A program made the position numbers and the translations under genes. The notes beneath the pieces are model-generated. The model was not told the DNA's origin, did no database searches, and saw nothing but the letters and a program-made list of their open reading frames with translations. 64,000 bases of DNA from a virus, in IMG/VR virus record IMGVR_UViG_3300017646_000001, positions 53,657 through 117,656 of that record, one strand, 5' to 3'. Below are positions 48,488 through 58,584 of this stretch, one piece after another (position 1 is the stretch's first letter; each line of letters starts with the position of its first letter).

Positions 48488-48927
48488 TTCGACACCACGG
48501 CCCCATCCAAATTCCCGCTCCGCTACGCGAATACGCGGACACCATCAAGCTGCAGAACTACAAGGTCAACACGCCGGCCAAGTTCCAGGTGCATCCGATC
48601 GGTGGTTTGGCCAGCGCTCGGCTGCGTATGAATCTGGGTAAGTTGCTCGGTGCGCCGGCCGATCGCATCGACTACGTGTTCTTTTCCTGCTGCAACGGCG
48701 CGGAGGAGCACGTGGACCAGCTCGATCCTCAGAAGCATGGCCCGAATACGATCATCATCCCCATCATCCTGCCCACTGGCCGGTCTACGATTACGGCTCA
48801 AGGTGAAACGGTCGAAGTCCAGCTGGACCACGCTTACGATTTTGACCACACCAAGCCGCACTCGATGACGCTGGAAGACACCGAATCGGGTTGCGTCGTG
48901 ATCATGGCTACCGTATTGCGCGCATGA
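48484..48927 (+). CDS. Putative cupin/2OG-Fe(II) oxygenase-like protein
   Basis: EHVD...FDHTKPHS (HxD...H). Confidence 0.5.
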   Translation: MIRHHGPIQIPAPLREYADTIKLQNYKVNTPAKFQVHPIGGLASARLRMNLGKLLGAPADRIDYVFFSCCNGAEEHVDQLDPQKHGPNTIIIPIILPTGRSTITAQGETVEVQLDHAYDFDHTKPHSMTLEDTESGCVVIMATVLRA

Positions 48928-49592
48928 TCTATTCTATTGGTCACTCCACTCTCAGCATCGAAGACTTTGTCGCCCTATCGGGCAGGCAGTATGATACCCT
49001 GTTAGACGTACGTTCCCACCCTACGTCCCGCTGGTCCCAGTTCTATAAAGAAAACTTGGAACAATGGATGCCCCAGCACGGCTACAACTACGAGTGGTGG
49101 CCCGAATTGGGTGGTTGGCGCACCGACCACGAGTGCCTTAAGGACGTGCTAGCTGAGCACGGCGTAGACCTAATTCCGTACTTGTCCGGCAAATTTCCCA
49201 AACAGCGCATAGCCGCTGAAGAGACGCCTTCCAATCGGCCGTCTTGGACCAACACCGGTCTGCGCGACTACAGCTTCTTCCAGGCGCTACCTGAATTCCT
49301 ATCGGGATGCGATCGCTTAATTGAGCGCGGGAAGCAAGAGAACGTCGCTATAATGTGTTGCGAGTGTCAGTGGTGGCGCTGCCATAGAAGTATGGTATCC
49401 GACTATTTGGCTTATCGGGGCGTGGAAGTTTTTCACATTATGCCGCGCGTACGTCAAAAGAACAAGGTTAAATATGTGGATGGCTCTAAGATAACGCCAC
49501 ACTCCGCTGTATTGGGAAACCGCATCGAACGATATGAAGAAGTAATTCGCCGCGTATGGGATAAATGGACAACGATGCACGGTCCAACCTAA
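48924..49592 (+). CDS. DUF488 family protein
   Basis: IYSIGHST, LLDVRSHP, ELGG, IMCCE..WWRCHRSMVSD. Confidence 0.85.
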   Translation: MIYSIGHSTLSIEDFVALSGRQYDTLLDVRSHPTSRWSQFYKENLEQWMPQHGYNYEWWPELGGWRTDHECLKDVLAEHGVDLIPYLSGKFPKQRIAAEETPSNRPSWTNTGLRDYSFFQALPEFLSGCDRLIERGKQENVAIMCCECQWWRCHRSMVSDYLAYRGVEVFHIMPRVRQKNKVKYVDGSKITPHSAVLGNRIERYEEVIRRVWDKWTTMHGPT

Positions 49593-49612
49593 TTTACCCT
49601 CAGGAGATCATC

Positions 49613-49927
49613 ATGCGCCGTGGAGCCTCTACCACTACCCAATCCGCTGGCCCTATCCAGCAAAAGACCACTACGTCGTCGCATCCTGTGCCCACGGATG
49701 CTCCCGACCGTCAAGAAAGCCAGGGCCGGCTGCTGTTGTCGTTTCCCAATTCTCCGTTGGCTGACCTGGAAGTCACTCGAATCGTAGCCGTTTCTGCTGA
49801 GCAATTCGCTGGAGTACTGCACCTGGACCTGTTGGAAGATGGCACTTACCAGCTGACTTACAATGAGCGGTACGTCCCTGACATCCAACACCTGCAGTCC
49901 GTTCTTATTCAACACATCGAGAAATGA
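49613..49927 (+). CDS. Hypothetical protein
   Basis: AGGAG RBS. Confidence 0.55.
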   Translation: MRRGASTTTQSAGPIQQKTTTSSHPVPTDAPDRQESQGRLLLSFPNSPLADLEVTRIVAVSAEQFAGVLHLDLLEDGTYQLTYNERYVPDIQHLQSVLIQHIEK

Positions 49928-49928
49928 T

Positions 49929-50243
49929 ATGAACGCTCTCTGTTCTTCGGTTTTTCCTTCTTTGGATTATCACCGCTTACAGGCGTCGATGTGGTACCGA
50001 GTACCATACAACGAAGTGACCGATGAGCAGATAGATCGGGTTAAGAGCGCGCTCAGGTACCAGTCGCCCAACCCGTCACCCAAGATTTTGGCGCTTTGGT
50101 CGTCGGGCGGCTCGACCCGCTACTGCGACTACCTGATGACGGACGGCACGATCCAAACCCTCTATGTGCCACATATCACCATGCAGGATTGGGCTCCAGC
50201 CAACCTGCAACGTTCATACCATTTGGCACAAAAAGCCTCCTGA
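49929..50243 (+). CDS. Hypothetical protein
   Basis: Operonic ORF. Confidence 0.45.
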   Translation: MNALCSSVFPSLDYHRLQASMWYRVPYNEVTDEQIDRVKSALRYQSPNPSPKILALWSSGGSTRYCDYLMTDGTIQTLYVPHITMQDWAPANLQRSYHLAQKAS

Positions 50244-50254
50244 AGGGTCATTAC

Positions 50255-51031
50255 ATGTCGCTCTATCGCAAAAAACCCGTCGTCATTGAAGCCTACCAAC
50301 TGCCCGCCGCTGGTGCGGACGTCCCCGACTCGTTTCACGAGTGGTGCGATCGGGTAGGGTTTACCAACTACACGTCTGGACGAGACGAAACCCTGGTGAT
50401 TTCGACGCTGGAAGGCGACATGACGGCCGAGCCTGGCGACTGGATCATCAAAGGCGTCAAGGGTGAGTTCTACCCCTGCAAGCCCGACATCTTTGCTGCC
50501 ACCTACGAACCGGCAAACGAATCGTCCACGATGCAGCAAGACATGGAGTGGGCGCTGCAGCCCCTCGTAGATGCGACCGCTTGGTCGGACTTCGTGAGCT
50601 GGGCCAGAGAGGGTGGCTACGACGAGTCCTACTTCAACCGCTGGGACTCCAAGTCTCAAGAACTGCAGCGACAGTACTTGGAGGAAATGACCGCACTGCG
50701 TCACGACCTGCGCTACGTGTCAGGTTGTAACGGTGGTCATTGGGAATTGGACGGGTGCGCCGTGAGGCTCTACGTTCCAGTGGATTCCGACGTTTCGAAG
50801 CGTCGCGTGGCATTACCCCAAGCCGGCGAGAACGTGTTTCTTACCATGGAAAGCCAGTACGGAGTGGACGATGACTATGGACACAGTTACGAGTGGCACG
50901 TGGTGCGCCCCGTCTTGTGCGCGGAAATTAATGGCGTGCAGTACTGCAGCTACCCCGAACAGCTGCAGCTGAATGCTCTGCAGGTTCAAGCGTTGGAAGA
51001 AAACAAGATGCTGCAGCACGTGGCGTCTTAA
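50255..51031 (+). CDS. Conserved phage protein (PGDW/PGDYG-like domain) with C-terminal extension
   Basis: YRKKPVVIEA...TLEGDM.AEPGDWIIKGVKGEFYPCKPDIFAATYE. Confidence 0.75.
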   Translation: MSLYRKKPVVIEAYQLPAAGADVPDSFHEWCDRVGFTNYTSGRDETLVISTLEGDMTAEPGDWIIKGVKGEFYPCKPDIFAATYEPANESSTMQQDMEWALQPLVDATAWSDFVSWAREGGYDESYFNRWDSKSQELQRQYLEEMTALRHDLRYVSGCNGGHWELDGCAVRLYVPVDSDVSKRRVALPQAGENVFLTMESQYGVDDDYGHSYEWHVVRPVLCAEINGVQYCSYPEQLQLNALQVQALEENKMLQHVAS

Positions 51032-51049
51032 TACCAACTGGAGCCATGT

Positions 51050-51451
51050 ATGCTACAAATGAAAGCCGTGTCCAAAGGTACGCCCCACTACCAAGAGCTG
51101 GTGCTCAATCGCTTGCGGCAAGTGATCCAAGAGGCCCATAACCTCGGCGTGGTGGCTACGATCGAGCTGGAGCCGTTGGAGCCGCTCGCCATGGGGCATT
51201 ACCGCATGGTTCCCCATGTTCGCCCCGCTCGCGCCGTTGAGATGTCGGCCAAGCATCCCCAGCTGTGTCCTACCCCGGACTATGGTGACTTGATGACCGC
51301 TCAAGACTGGGAAGAATCAGTGGGTGCGGGTTGCTTTATTCCCAATGACGGTGTCGGCCATTGGGCAACCAAAGACGGCATGGACCCCAATTCCAACTGC
51401 TTCGATGCGAAGCCCGACTGGGCAACTCACGTCGTCTGGTTCAATAAGTGA
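51050..51451 (+). CDS. Hypothetical protein
   Basis: GGAG RBS. Confidence 0.55.
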   Translation: MLQMKAVSKGTPHYQELVLNRLRQVIQEAHNLGVVATIELEPLEPLAMGHYRMVPHVRPARAVEMSAKHPQLCPTPDYGDLMTAQDWEESVGAGCFIPNDGVGHWATKDGMDPNSNCFDAKPDWATHVVWFNK

Positions 51452-51458
51452 GCACACC

Positions 51459-51773
51459 ATGAGCCATCAAGAACAAAATCACGGTGACGCAGCGCGCAAA
51501 GAAGCCTTCCAGCGCGTTGATCGCGAAACTCAGCTGCTGCAAGCTCTGATCGAAGCGCGCATCAATATCGCCGTGTTTCACGGCAAGAACTCGGTCGCAG
51601 ACGACTATTACGAGTTCTCTACGGTCGCTGTCGTACGCGTGGCCAACTATCTGGTCAATCAAGGCTACAAGGTTTATCGCAACCCGGATCGCGATCGCTG
51701 GCTTGGCGTAGAAGGCTGGGAAGTGATGGTAGATTCAAACATCTGCTTGGCCGAAATGCTACCCAAGAAGTAA
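51459..51773 (+). CDS. Hypothetical protein
   Basis: Operonic ORF. Confidence 0.55.
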   Translation: MSHQEQNHGDAARKEAFQRVDRETQLLQALIEARINIAVFHGKNSVADDYYEFSTVAVVRVANYLVNQGYKVYRNPDRDRWLGVEGWEVMVDSNICLAEMLPKK

Positions 51774-51774
51774 C

Positions 51775-52149
51775 ATGAACGTTGCTCAATCTCTCATCCT
51801 ACGTGCCCATTCTCTGTGCCACCAGCGTTTTAAGATCTGGGCTACGAAACAAAACCTGGATCTTACGCCGGCCTGGGACCCGACCAAGGAATACTTGGCT
51901 AAGGAAATGCCCTTCGCCACGTACAAATCCAAGGAAACGGAGCAAGCCTGGGCTACTTGGGCAGCAGCCTCCAATCCCACGGCTGAGTTGCTGGTAGACC
52001 TTCTGGTTTCTCGTGCTGCTTATACCGATCAAGGCGGTGCTTCCCTGGTTGGTCTCAAGTTGGAAGGGTGGTCGGATATTCCCGACGTCAAGACCAAGCA
52101 GCAGGCTATTCAAGCCTTGATCGAAGCTATTGGAGACCCTAGCTCATGA
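51775..52149 (+). CDS. Hypothetical protein
   Basis: Operonic ORF. Confidence 0.55.
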   Translation: MNVAQSLILRAHSLCHQRFKIWATKQNLDLTPAWDPTKEYLAKEMPFATYKSKETEQAWATWAAASNPTAELLVDLLVSRAAYTDQGGASLVGLKLEGWSDIPDVKTKQQAIQALIEAIGDPSS

Positions 52150-52694
52150 GCACTGCTGAACTCCCGCTGGAGCGAGCGCGCAGTGGCATCCGCTGGGTGT
52201 TGCATGTAATGGACACCATGCTGAAAGCGGAAGCCATTCAAAGCTTCGAAGTCGAATCCTTCAAGAGGGCCCGACACGACCTGCAACGCGCTCTCCTGGA
52301 CTTAGAAGACTTGCCCGTTCTTAAACGAGAGGACGCCGCCGTATTGGCGTTTCTCAAGCGTCGGGTACATACCGCCCTGCAAAACGGCGATACCCGCGTT
52401 TTCCTCCATTTAGACCATACATATCCCGGTCAACTTCAGTGGGAAGACCCGATGCAGGCGTTGCGACATGTAGCCGCTCATGAACCACTAGACCCCGGTG
52501 CAAAGCTGAACGAAGCTCCTAACGCGCCCTACGTCGATCCAGAGGAGCAGCTGCGCCGGGAGCGCATAGGTATGTGCACCTATTGCTATGCTGAACTGCC
52601 CGCTGACGGGGACGGCGTGGCGCGTAATAGCGCTCGTCAAGAGTTCTGCTGCCAAGAACACATGGGTAAATACCATCGTGGTGTAATACTCTAA
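52146..52694 (+). CDS. Hypothetical protein with C-terminal treble-clef/TRASH-like Zn finger
   Basis: CTYC...FCCQEH. Confidence 0.55.
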   Translation: MSTAELPLERARSGIRWVLHVMDTMLKAEAIQSFEVESFKRARHDLQRALLDLEDLPVLKREDAAVLAFLKRRVHTALQNGDTRVFLHLDHTYPGQLQWEDPMQALRHVAAHEPLDPGAKLNEAPNAPYVDPEEQLRRERIGMCTYCYAELPADGDGVARNSARQEFCCQEHMGKYHRGVIL

Positions 52695-52745
52695 CTGGTA
52701 GGCGAGACGCCTATACCCGTTACTGGTTTTGTGTAGGGTATTACG

Positions 52746-53162
52746 ATGAAATTTCTCAATCCGCCCAAATCCGCAGCTGTGCTTGAAGTAGACTTTGCGC
52801 AAGCAGAGCTGAATGTAGTTGCTTCTCAGCTGGACGAAGACTACATGCGCTACCGTGGCAAGTGCAAAGAAATGTCGGAAGCGGCGGTCGCAGCTGACCC
52901 CACTCTACGGTTGGTACGCGGCCACTATCACTGTCCCTGGTGGGGTAAACAGCCGCACTGGTGGACGGTGCGCCCAGACGGCACGGTTTACGACCCTACT
53001 GCCCGCCAGTTTCCGTCCAAGGGCACAGGAGACTATGTGGAGTTTGATGGCCGCGTAGCGTGTTCCAATTGCGGCAAAGAAGGCGTGGAAGAAGACTTCA
53101 GTTTCGAATCCAACTATGCCTTTTGTTCCACTGCTTGCCATATGAGGTTTGTGGGGCTATGA
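52746..53162 (+). CDS. Hypothetical protein with C-terminal Zn finger
   Basis: GKC...HWW...DPTARQF; CSNC...FCSTAC. Confidence 0.6.
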   Translation: MKFLNPPKSAAVLEVDFAQAELNVVASQLDEDYMRYRGKCKEMSEAAVAADPTLRLVRGHYHCPWWGKQPHWWTVRPDGTVYDPTARQFPSKGTGDYVEFDGRVACSNCGKEGVEEDFSFESNYAFCSTACHMRFVGL

Positions 53163-53347
53163 TGCTCAGCGCATTGGTTGCCTTTTCTATGACCGTCATT
53201 GTGCTGTTGGTGCTGGGCATAGCAGTCTGGTACGCCTCCTACCACCCACGCACGTCGTATCGACTGGCTGTTTTCATTTCTGCTGTATTCGTGTTTGTAT
53301 CCATCGCCGCGCTGGGTTATAGTGCTTGGCGGTACATGCCGCAATAG
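53159..53347 (+). CDS. Small membrane protein
   Basis: Two hydrophobic helices. Confidence 0.5.
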   Translation: MMLSALVAFSMTVIVLLVLGIAVWYASYHPRTSYRLAVFISAVFVFVSIAALGYSAWRYMPQ

Positions 53348-53398
53348 TTAAGACCTCCTGTCCTAAATCGTTGAATTAGGTACAAACACGGAGGCGCT

Positions 53399-53944
53399 AT
53401 GCGACTTTCTACTCCCAACTACAAAATCAGCGTTATTGTCTCAGGACAATACGTTATGGTGGTTGACGAATCCAGCCCGAACGCTCCTGTGCGTTCGGCT
53501 ACCAACGCAGCGGAGGATATCTGTCGCGATCTCTATCAGCGGCTGCAACGAGACTTCGTGCTGTTGTACGAGGATACGGAAGGCAACATCGACCAAATGC
53601 AGCACGTGTTGGGTCAGTTCAAGGGATTCCGCCCTCTCAATACTACGGATTGGGAAGTAGCCAAAAAGCGCGCAGTGTTTTCCGAGTCGAGGTCCGAAGT
53701 GACCCTGTTTCAGCGTGGTAACCGAGTACAACACGTCAAGACCGGCGGCGTATACGCCATTGTGATGCTACCCCATGAGGTTACGATCGAAGCCACCGGG
53801 GAACCAGCTTACGGGTATAGCGCCGTGGACGCCCAAGATCAATGCGTGGGGCCCATGTTCGTGCGTGCCCAATCGATCATGGAGGATGGCCGCTTCATTT
53901 TCCATCACCACCACCCGACCCACAACTCTCGGAGACCGTCGTGA
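53399..53944 (+). CDS. Hypothetical protein, C-terminal DUF1653-like domain
   Basis: HVKTGGVY...FVRAQSIMEDGRF; GGAGG RBS. Confidence 0.6.
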   Translation: MRLSTPNYKISVIVSGQYVMVVDESSPNAPVRSATNAAEDICRDLYQRLQRDFVLLYEDTEGNIDQMQHVLGQFKGFRPLNTTDWEVAKKRAVFSESRSEVTLFQRGNRVQHVKTGGVYAIVMLPHEVTIEATGEPAYGYSAVDAQDQCVGPMFVRAQSIMEDGRFIFHHHHPTHNSRRPS

Positions 53945-54399
53945 GCCTGCTCTGTCGCCTGTTCGGCCATAAATTAGACCCGTATCTCTACGCCGACATT
54001 CACACGGGCGCGGTAGACGGCATCGGTCGAGAACACGCTAGCGTCCACGCTCGATGTATACGGTGTAGCACAGTACACCAGGTGGCTCAAGTACATCTGG
54101 TTCCACGACATGCCGAAAAACGCATGCAGCGCTACTTCACCTACTACACTCGACCCCGCCGCCCGGCCGGCGTGAGTCGCACCCTGTGGCACTGCATACA
54201 CGAAAAAGCTGTGGCTCGCATGGCCCGAGACGGTAGTCGGCCCGCCATCCACTTGCTGTTGAAGGACATGGGATACCAAAACGAAGACGTGATTCGCGCC
54301 TACGTGGAATCTTCCTACTGGGTGAATCGACTGGATGAAAACATCCAGTATTCGCAGAAAGTAGAGCGCGAAATCCAGGCTGCTCGTAAAGCTGCTTAG
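53941..54399 (+). CDS. Hypothetical protein
   Basis: LLCRLFGHK N-terminus; GTGA overlap. Confidence 0.55.
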   Translation: MSLLCRLFGHKLDPYLYADIHTGAVDGIGREHASVHARCIRCSTVHQVAQVHLVPRHAEKRMQRYFTYYTRPRRPAGVSRTLWHCIHEKAVARMARDGSRPAIHLLLKDMGYQNEDVIRAYVESSYWVNRLDENIQYSQKVEREIQAARKAA

Positions 54400-54461
54400 C
54401 GTCGCTTCATAAAGGCAGGGCCGAGACTAGGCGAACACCGGGTCTCGGCCCAATATTTTCT

Positions 54462-54552
54462 AAATGGCGTTGCGTCGACGCAACGTTCTGAAGCGGCGCT
54501 ATATGCGTATGACGCGAAGTCATGTTATAATACGATTTTACACTCACAGACC
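54462..54552 (+). promoter_or_regulatory. Promoter repeat copy 2
   Basis: Palindrome 54468-54485, TATAAT 54526. Confidence 0.8.
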
Positions 54553-54569
54553 CAACTTAGGAGAACACC

Positions 54570-55244
54570 ATGGCCCAATTCAAAATCCAGCTGCGCGGTC
54601 ACTGCCCGCTGTGCGGACGCGAGCAAGCCGTCAAGAACGGCAAAATGAGCCAACACGGCTACCAAGTCAAAGGCGATAACACTTACGCCTACTACCACGG
54701 CATTTGTCCAGGCCAGCACTACGCTCCCATCGAGCATGACCGTAAGCCGACCGATGAATTGGTGCGCACTGTGCGGCAGGACGCCCAACGTGCTAGTCTT
54801 CAAGCCCAGAAGCTGGAAGACGGTTCGGTTCATCCCGCCAAAGCTAAGTCAGGTCGCCGCATCAATGATCCCGACCGTCCGGGTCGTCGCATCGACGAAA
54901 TGATTCCTTATGATCAGGCTCAGCCCTATCATCAGCAACAAGCTCGCGAAGCCGCTGTGTGGAACCTGCGCTCCGAAGCGCGCCAAATGCTGAACTTCGC
55001 CGAAGGCCTGGAAAAGATCGTCAATCTCTATCACGGCAAGCCGTTGGTCGAGGTCAATAAGGACCAAGGTCCGGCTCCCATCTTGGACGGCGAACGCAAG
55101 TACAACTCGCGCGGTATGGTGTTGACTGCCAGCTACACAGAGCGCGGCATGGTGCACTACACCTACACTCGCGAAAACCAACCGGGCAAGTTCCGCGCCA
55201 AAATGGCTACCCGTTCTTGGAGGCTGCTGGAACCGGCGGCGTAA
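54570..55244 (+). CDS. Hypothetical early protein with Zn-binding motif
   Basis: GHCPLCGR...HGY...GICPG; AGGAG RBS. Confidence 0.7.
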   Translation: MAQFKIQLRGHCPLCGREQAVKNGKMSQHGYQVKGDNTYAYYHGICPGQHYAPIEHDRKPTDELVRTVRQDAQRASLQAQKLEDGSVHPAKAKSGRRINDPDRPGRRIDEMIPYDQAQPYHQQQAREAAVWNLRSEARQMLNFAEGLEKIVNLYHGKPLVEVNKDQGPAPILDGERKYNSRGMVLTASYTERGMVHYTYTRENQPGKFRAKMATRSWRLLEPAA

Positions 55245-55304
55245 CCTGGTTTTTATCAAACGTTCTCGGCGGGAATCCCCGCCGAAACCGTATTTGGAGC
55301 CAGC

Positions 55305-55793
55305 ATGCCCCTCAAGCCCGAACAATACCGTCCTACCGCCCAGATGGTAGAAGCCATGATCGCGTCCGAAACCTATACGGTGCTGCCGTCCGGCGCGCAA
55401 ATCGTGTGCGAACTCACTTTGCAGTGTGGTTTTCGCTGCACGGGCATTTCGTCGCTCGTCGATTCCCGTTTCTACAGCGAAGAGCTGGGCCGCAAGTACG
55501 CCCGTGAAGCAGCGTTCAGGCAGGCGTGGGAAATCGCCGCCTACGAAACCTTCTTGGCCATGCAGCGCGATTTGGCCAATACGGGCGAATACAACCCGGC
55601 TGAACATGAACTGGCCCGCCTTTACGCCGACTTCGAATACCTCATGATGCGTGCCGCTACTGAAGGCGAAGGCGTGGCCCGTCGCCTTGCGGCCGAGTCT
55701 CGCCAAAAGATCGTACAAGCGGCGCGAGCTTCCGGCTTCACTTCGTTCTTCGGCAGCCTGCTGCCTGAACACCGTTCCGAATCTGACCAATAA
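55305..55793 (+). CDS. N4 gp49/Sf6 gp66-like phage protein
   Basis: CELTLQCGF..TG.S..VD...EELGRKYARE.A...W. Confidence 0.7.
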   Translation: MPLKPEQYRPTAQMVEAMIASETYTVLPSGAQIVCELTLQCGFRCTGISSLVDSRFYSEELGRKYAREAAFRQAWEIAAYETFLAMQRDLANTGEYNPAEHELARLYADFEYLMMRAATEGEGVARRLAAESRQKIVQAARASGFTSFFGSLLPEHRSESDQ

Positions 55794-55805
55794 GAACACT
55801 CCCCT

Positions 55806-55997
55806 GTGATCATATATGATGCCGCCGCTGACGTGGAACGCGCCCGAGAAGCTGCCGAGCACTTGGGCGGGCGGTGGCAGTCGTATGTACCGTGGCCGCT
55901 ACTAAGGCGTGAAACCCGCGCCGCGCTTGTTCGTTTTGACGGCCAGCTCTGGTATTACAATCGTCGCGGTCCGACCGCAATGTACTCAGGTCAATAG
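55806..55997 (+). CDS. Hypothetical protein
   Basis: Operonic ORF. Confidence 0.4.
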   Translation: MIIYDAAADVERAREAAEHLGGRWQSYVPWPLLRRETRAALVRFDGQLWYYNRRGPTAMYSGQ

Positions 55998-55999
55998 CC

Positions 56000-56224
56000 A
56001 TGCCGCAAGATATTCCGGTTATCGTATGCATCCGGTCTACGATTCCTGCCAAGGGTGATCGCCCTTCGGTATCAGTGTCCAATGAGTTTGCGCAATACGC
56101 GGTGTCTCCTGCTGATAGCGAGCTACGCATTTATCTGGACGTCGACGAACTGCGTCAACAGATACTGAGCCAGCAGGAGTACGATGACATGCTCGCCGGA
56201 CGACAGCTGAGAGAGTCTAAATGA
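56000..56224 (+). CDS. Hypothetical protein
   Basis: ATGA-coupled to next gene. Confidence 0.5.
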   Translation: MPQDIPVIVCIRSTIPAKGDRPSVSVSNEFAQYAVSPADSELRIYLDVDELRQQILSQQEYDDMLAGRQLRESK

Positions 56225-56823
56225 AAATCCAGCCTTCCATTCAGGTTCAAACCAGCTATTCGCCCGAAGCGATTCGTCAAACTACCACCGGCTTAGATGG
56301 TCATAAGATTGCGGAGCGGGTCGTTAATCTGCAAGACATAGGAATACGCCGCGCCTTGATGAAACTGGGTTGGACGCCACCCGATCCACAGCGCCGCCCC
56401 GTGATGCAGCTGATGTTATGTGAAGCTGCTCATACTGTCCCTCAGCCCGGTCGGCTATACCGCTATCGGGTTGACCCTCAGTGCGCGGCCTGCATGAAGA
56501 TGGCCGCGCTCTATCCCAACACTTCCTTTTCTCACACAGGAGATTCCGAGATGGAAGAACGTCCCAACCTGACCGCCACCGAAGTGCAAGATCGGGTTCG
56601 CACCATCATCTGCGAACAGATCGGTATCAACCCCGACGAGGTTCAGCTCGAATCCAGCTTCGTGCACGACTTGGGCGCAGATTCTCTCGACATGGTGGAG
56701 CTGGCCATGGCTCTCGAAGACGAGTTTGACCTGATCGAGCTGACCGACGAGGACATGGAAAACGCCTCTACCGTAGGCGATCTGGTCAACCTCGTCCAGG
56801 TCAAGCTGGGCAACGAAGAGTAG
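56221..56823 (+). CDS. Acyl carrier protein domain (own likely start at 56551) in frame with upstream hypothetical segment
   Basis: [20 protein letters not shown] phosphopantetheine motif; AGGAG before ATG 56551. Confidence 0.85.
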   Translation: MKIQPSIQVQTSYSPEAIRQTTTGLDGHKIAERVVNLQDIGIRRALMKLGWTPPDPQRRPVMQLMLCEAAHTVPQPGRLYRYRVDPQCAACMKMAALYPNTSFSHTGDSEMEERPNLTATEVQDRVRTIICEQIGINPDEVQLESSFVHDLGADSLDMVELAMALEDEFDLIELTDEDMENASTVGDLVNLVQVKLGNEE

Positions 56824-57013
56824 GACATGGACTGGGTTGGCTACTACTTCGTGGCTTCCAGCGTATTGTCCTGTGCCATCATGTGCTGGGATTGGGTTCG
56901 GTAAACCTGCCTCGCGCTAGCGTTAACAGTAGCAACATCCCTTTATCTGGTAGTACCCGCGCTCGGTCGGACACCGAGATTTCAAACCCTCATCATAGGG
57001 TAGGAGTGTAAAA

Positions 57014-57547
57014 ATGAAGAAGGCATACATCGCGCTGGCGGCTCTGGCCCTGGCGTTCTCGACCGGCGTGTCGGCTCACGGCAACCAGTCCCAGTACCAA
57101 TCGGCTCAAGGCGTAGCGGGTGTCGGCGTGGCCGGCGCGGCGTACGGTGGCACCATCTCGGGTACGGCCTCGTCCGAAAGCGTCGGCAACGCCGTCGCCG
57201 CGACCCAGATCATGGGTTCCGGTCTGTCCATCCAAGGTACCGAAGGCTACGCGGGTTCGAGCGCCAACATCGGCGGCGTCATCACCAGTTCCGGCGCGCA
57301 GGTCACGACCGGCGTCAGCCAGTACGCTCATCAAACTTCGGCGGGCATCACGGTCGGCAACGTCGCCGCTCAGACCCCGGACGGCCTGATCGCCAACGGT
57401 ACCGGCGGCGTGTCCCAGACCAACGCCTACTCGCACGGCGAATCGACCTTCAACGCTGGCGCGTTCGGCGCGGGCCTCGTGGCCGGCGGCTTTGCCGGGT
57501 TCCAGACCTCGCAGGGCTACGGCGGCTACAACGGATACAACCACTGA
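57014..57547 (+). CDS. Secreted Gly/Ala/Ser-rich protein
   Basis: Sec signal peptide; low-complexity beta-prone body; AGGAG RBS. Confidence 0.7.
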   Translation: MKKAYIALAALALAFSTGVSAHGNQSQYQSAQGVAGVGVAGAAYGGTISGTASSESVGNAVAATQIMGSGLSIQGTEGYAGSSANIGGVITSSGAQVTTGVSQYAHQTSAGITVGNVAAQTPDGLIANGTGGVSQTNAYSHGESTFNAGAFGAGLVAGGFAGFQTSQGYGGYNGYNH

Positions 57548-57634
57548 TACGTCGGCTTTCCGCCGGCAGTAGGGTAGGGGCGGCTTAGCGGTACGCTCGC
57601 CCCGCCTCCCCTATTTCTACAGGACTATACAGAC

Positions 57635-58231
57635 ATGAATAAGAATCTCGCACGCATGGTATGCGCACTGGCCTTCGGCCTCTTCTCCGCTTTCAGCGTC
57701 CAGGCCCAAACGGTGGACTTGAACAATACCACCAGCTCCAACGCAACCAACATCGCTTCGTCCGGTTCGAACAATGCCGGCAACGCTCAAGCGATCACCT
57801 TCAACTCCGATTCCAGCGGCAAGCAGACGCTGCGCTCCGCGCCCGCCGTGGGTGGTCAAGGCTTCTACGGCTCCTTTTCGGCCGACTCGTGCATGGTCTC
57901 GGGTGGCGGTGGTGGCTCCGTAGTCGGTTTCGGCATCAACATGGCGATGCCTGTCGAAGACGCTCATTGCAACCTGCGCCGAAACTTCGAGCGCATCATG
58001 CAGGCCAGCGCTACGACCAAAGACCCCGCCCGCTCTCGCGCTCTCGAAACTGCTGCCGTGGACATCATGTGCCAGAGCGACGAGAAAACTGCCGCTGCGT
58101 TGCGCGGCCAAGGGCTGTGCTCCCAGCAAATCCAAGCTGTGATGGACGGACAAGCAACCACTGCCGCCGTACGCCCTCAGTATCAGAGCACGGCGCGTCC
58201 CAACTGGGAGGACCTCTACACCCCAGGCTAA
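57635..58231 (+). CDS. Secreted Cys-containing protein
   Basis: Signal peptide (VQA); Asn/Ser-rich N-part; C..SGGGGG..GFG..D.HC motif. Confidence 0.7.
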   Translation: MNKNLARMVCALAFGLFSAFSVQAQTVDLNNTTSSNATNIASSGSNNAGNAQAITFNSDSSGKQTLRSAPAVGGQGFYGSFSADSCMVSGGGGGSVVGFGINMAMPVEDAHCNLRRNFERIMQASATTKDPARSRALETAAVDIMCQSDEKTAAALRGQGLCSQQIQAVMDGQATTAAVRPQYQSTARPNWEDLYTPG

Positions 58232-58320
58232 TTTAAGCCTTTCCCCACTCGTCGTGCGCTCTCGGGCGCACGAATCATATTTGGTTCGCTCGTTATTAAA
58301 TATTGCCAAATGGAGCCAGT

Positions 58321-58584
58321 ATGTCCATGTCATTCCGTTCTCCGATATACGCCATCGCGGGTCATATCATCAACCTGGGCCGCGTGATCTCGATCTCACA
58401 CGTTTATAAAGAGCGGGACAGCATGCAACAACTCGTAGATTCGTCTTTCTACATCAACTTGGAACATCAAGTACAAATCGAAGTATCGCGCGCGGTAGTA
58501 GGCTCCAAACTGCAGCAGGTGCGTGACGACCTGATCCAAGCTTGGCAAGACTACCACTCGAATAACGAAAGGAAATCCGCATGA
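58321..58584 (+). CDS. Hypothetical protein
   Basis: GGAG RBS. Confidence 0.55.
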   Translation: MSMSFRSPIYAIAGHIINLGRVISISHVYKERDSMQQLVDSSFYINLEHQVQIEVSRAVVGSKLQQVRDDLIQAWQDYHSNNERKSA

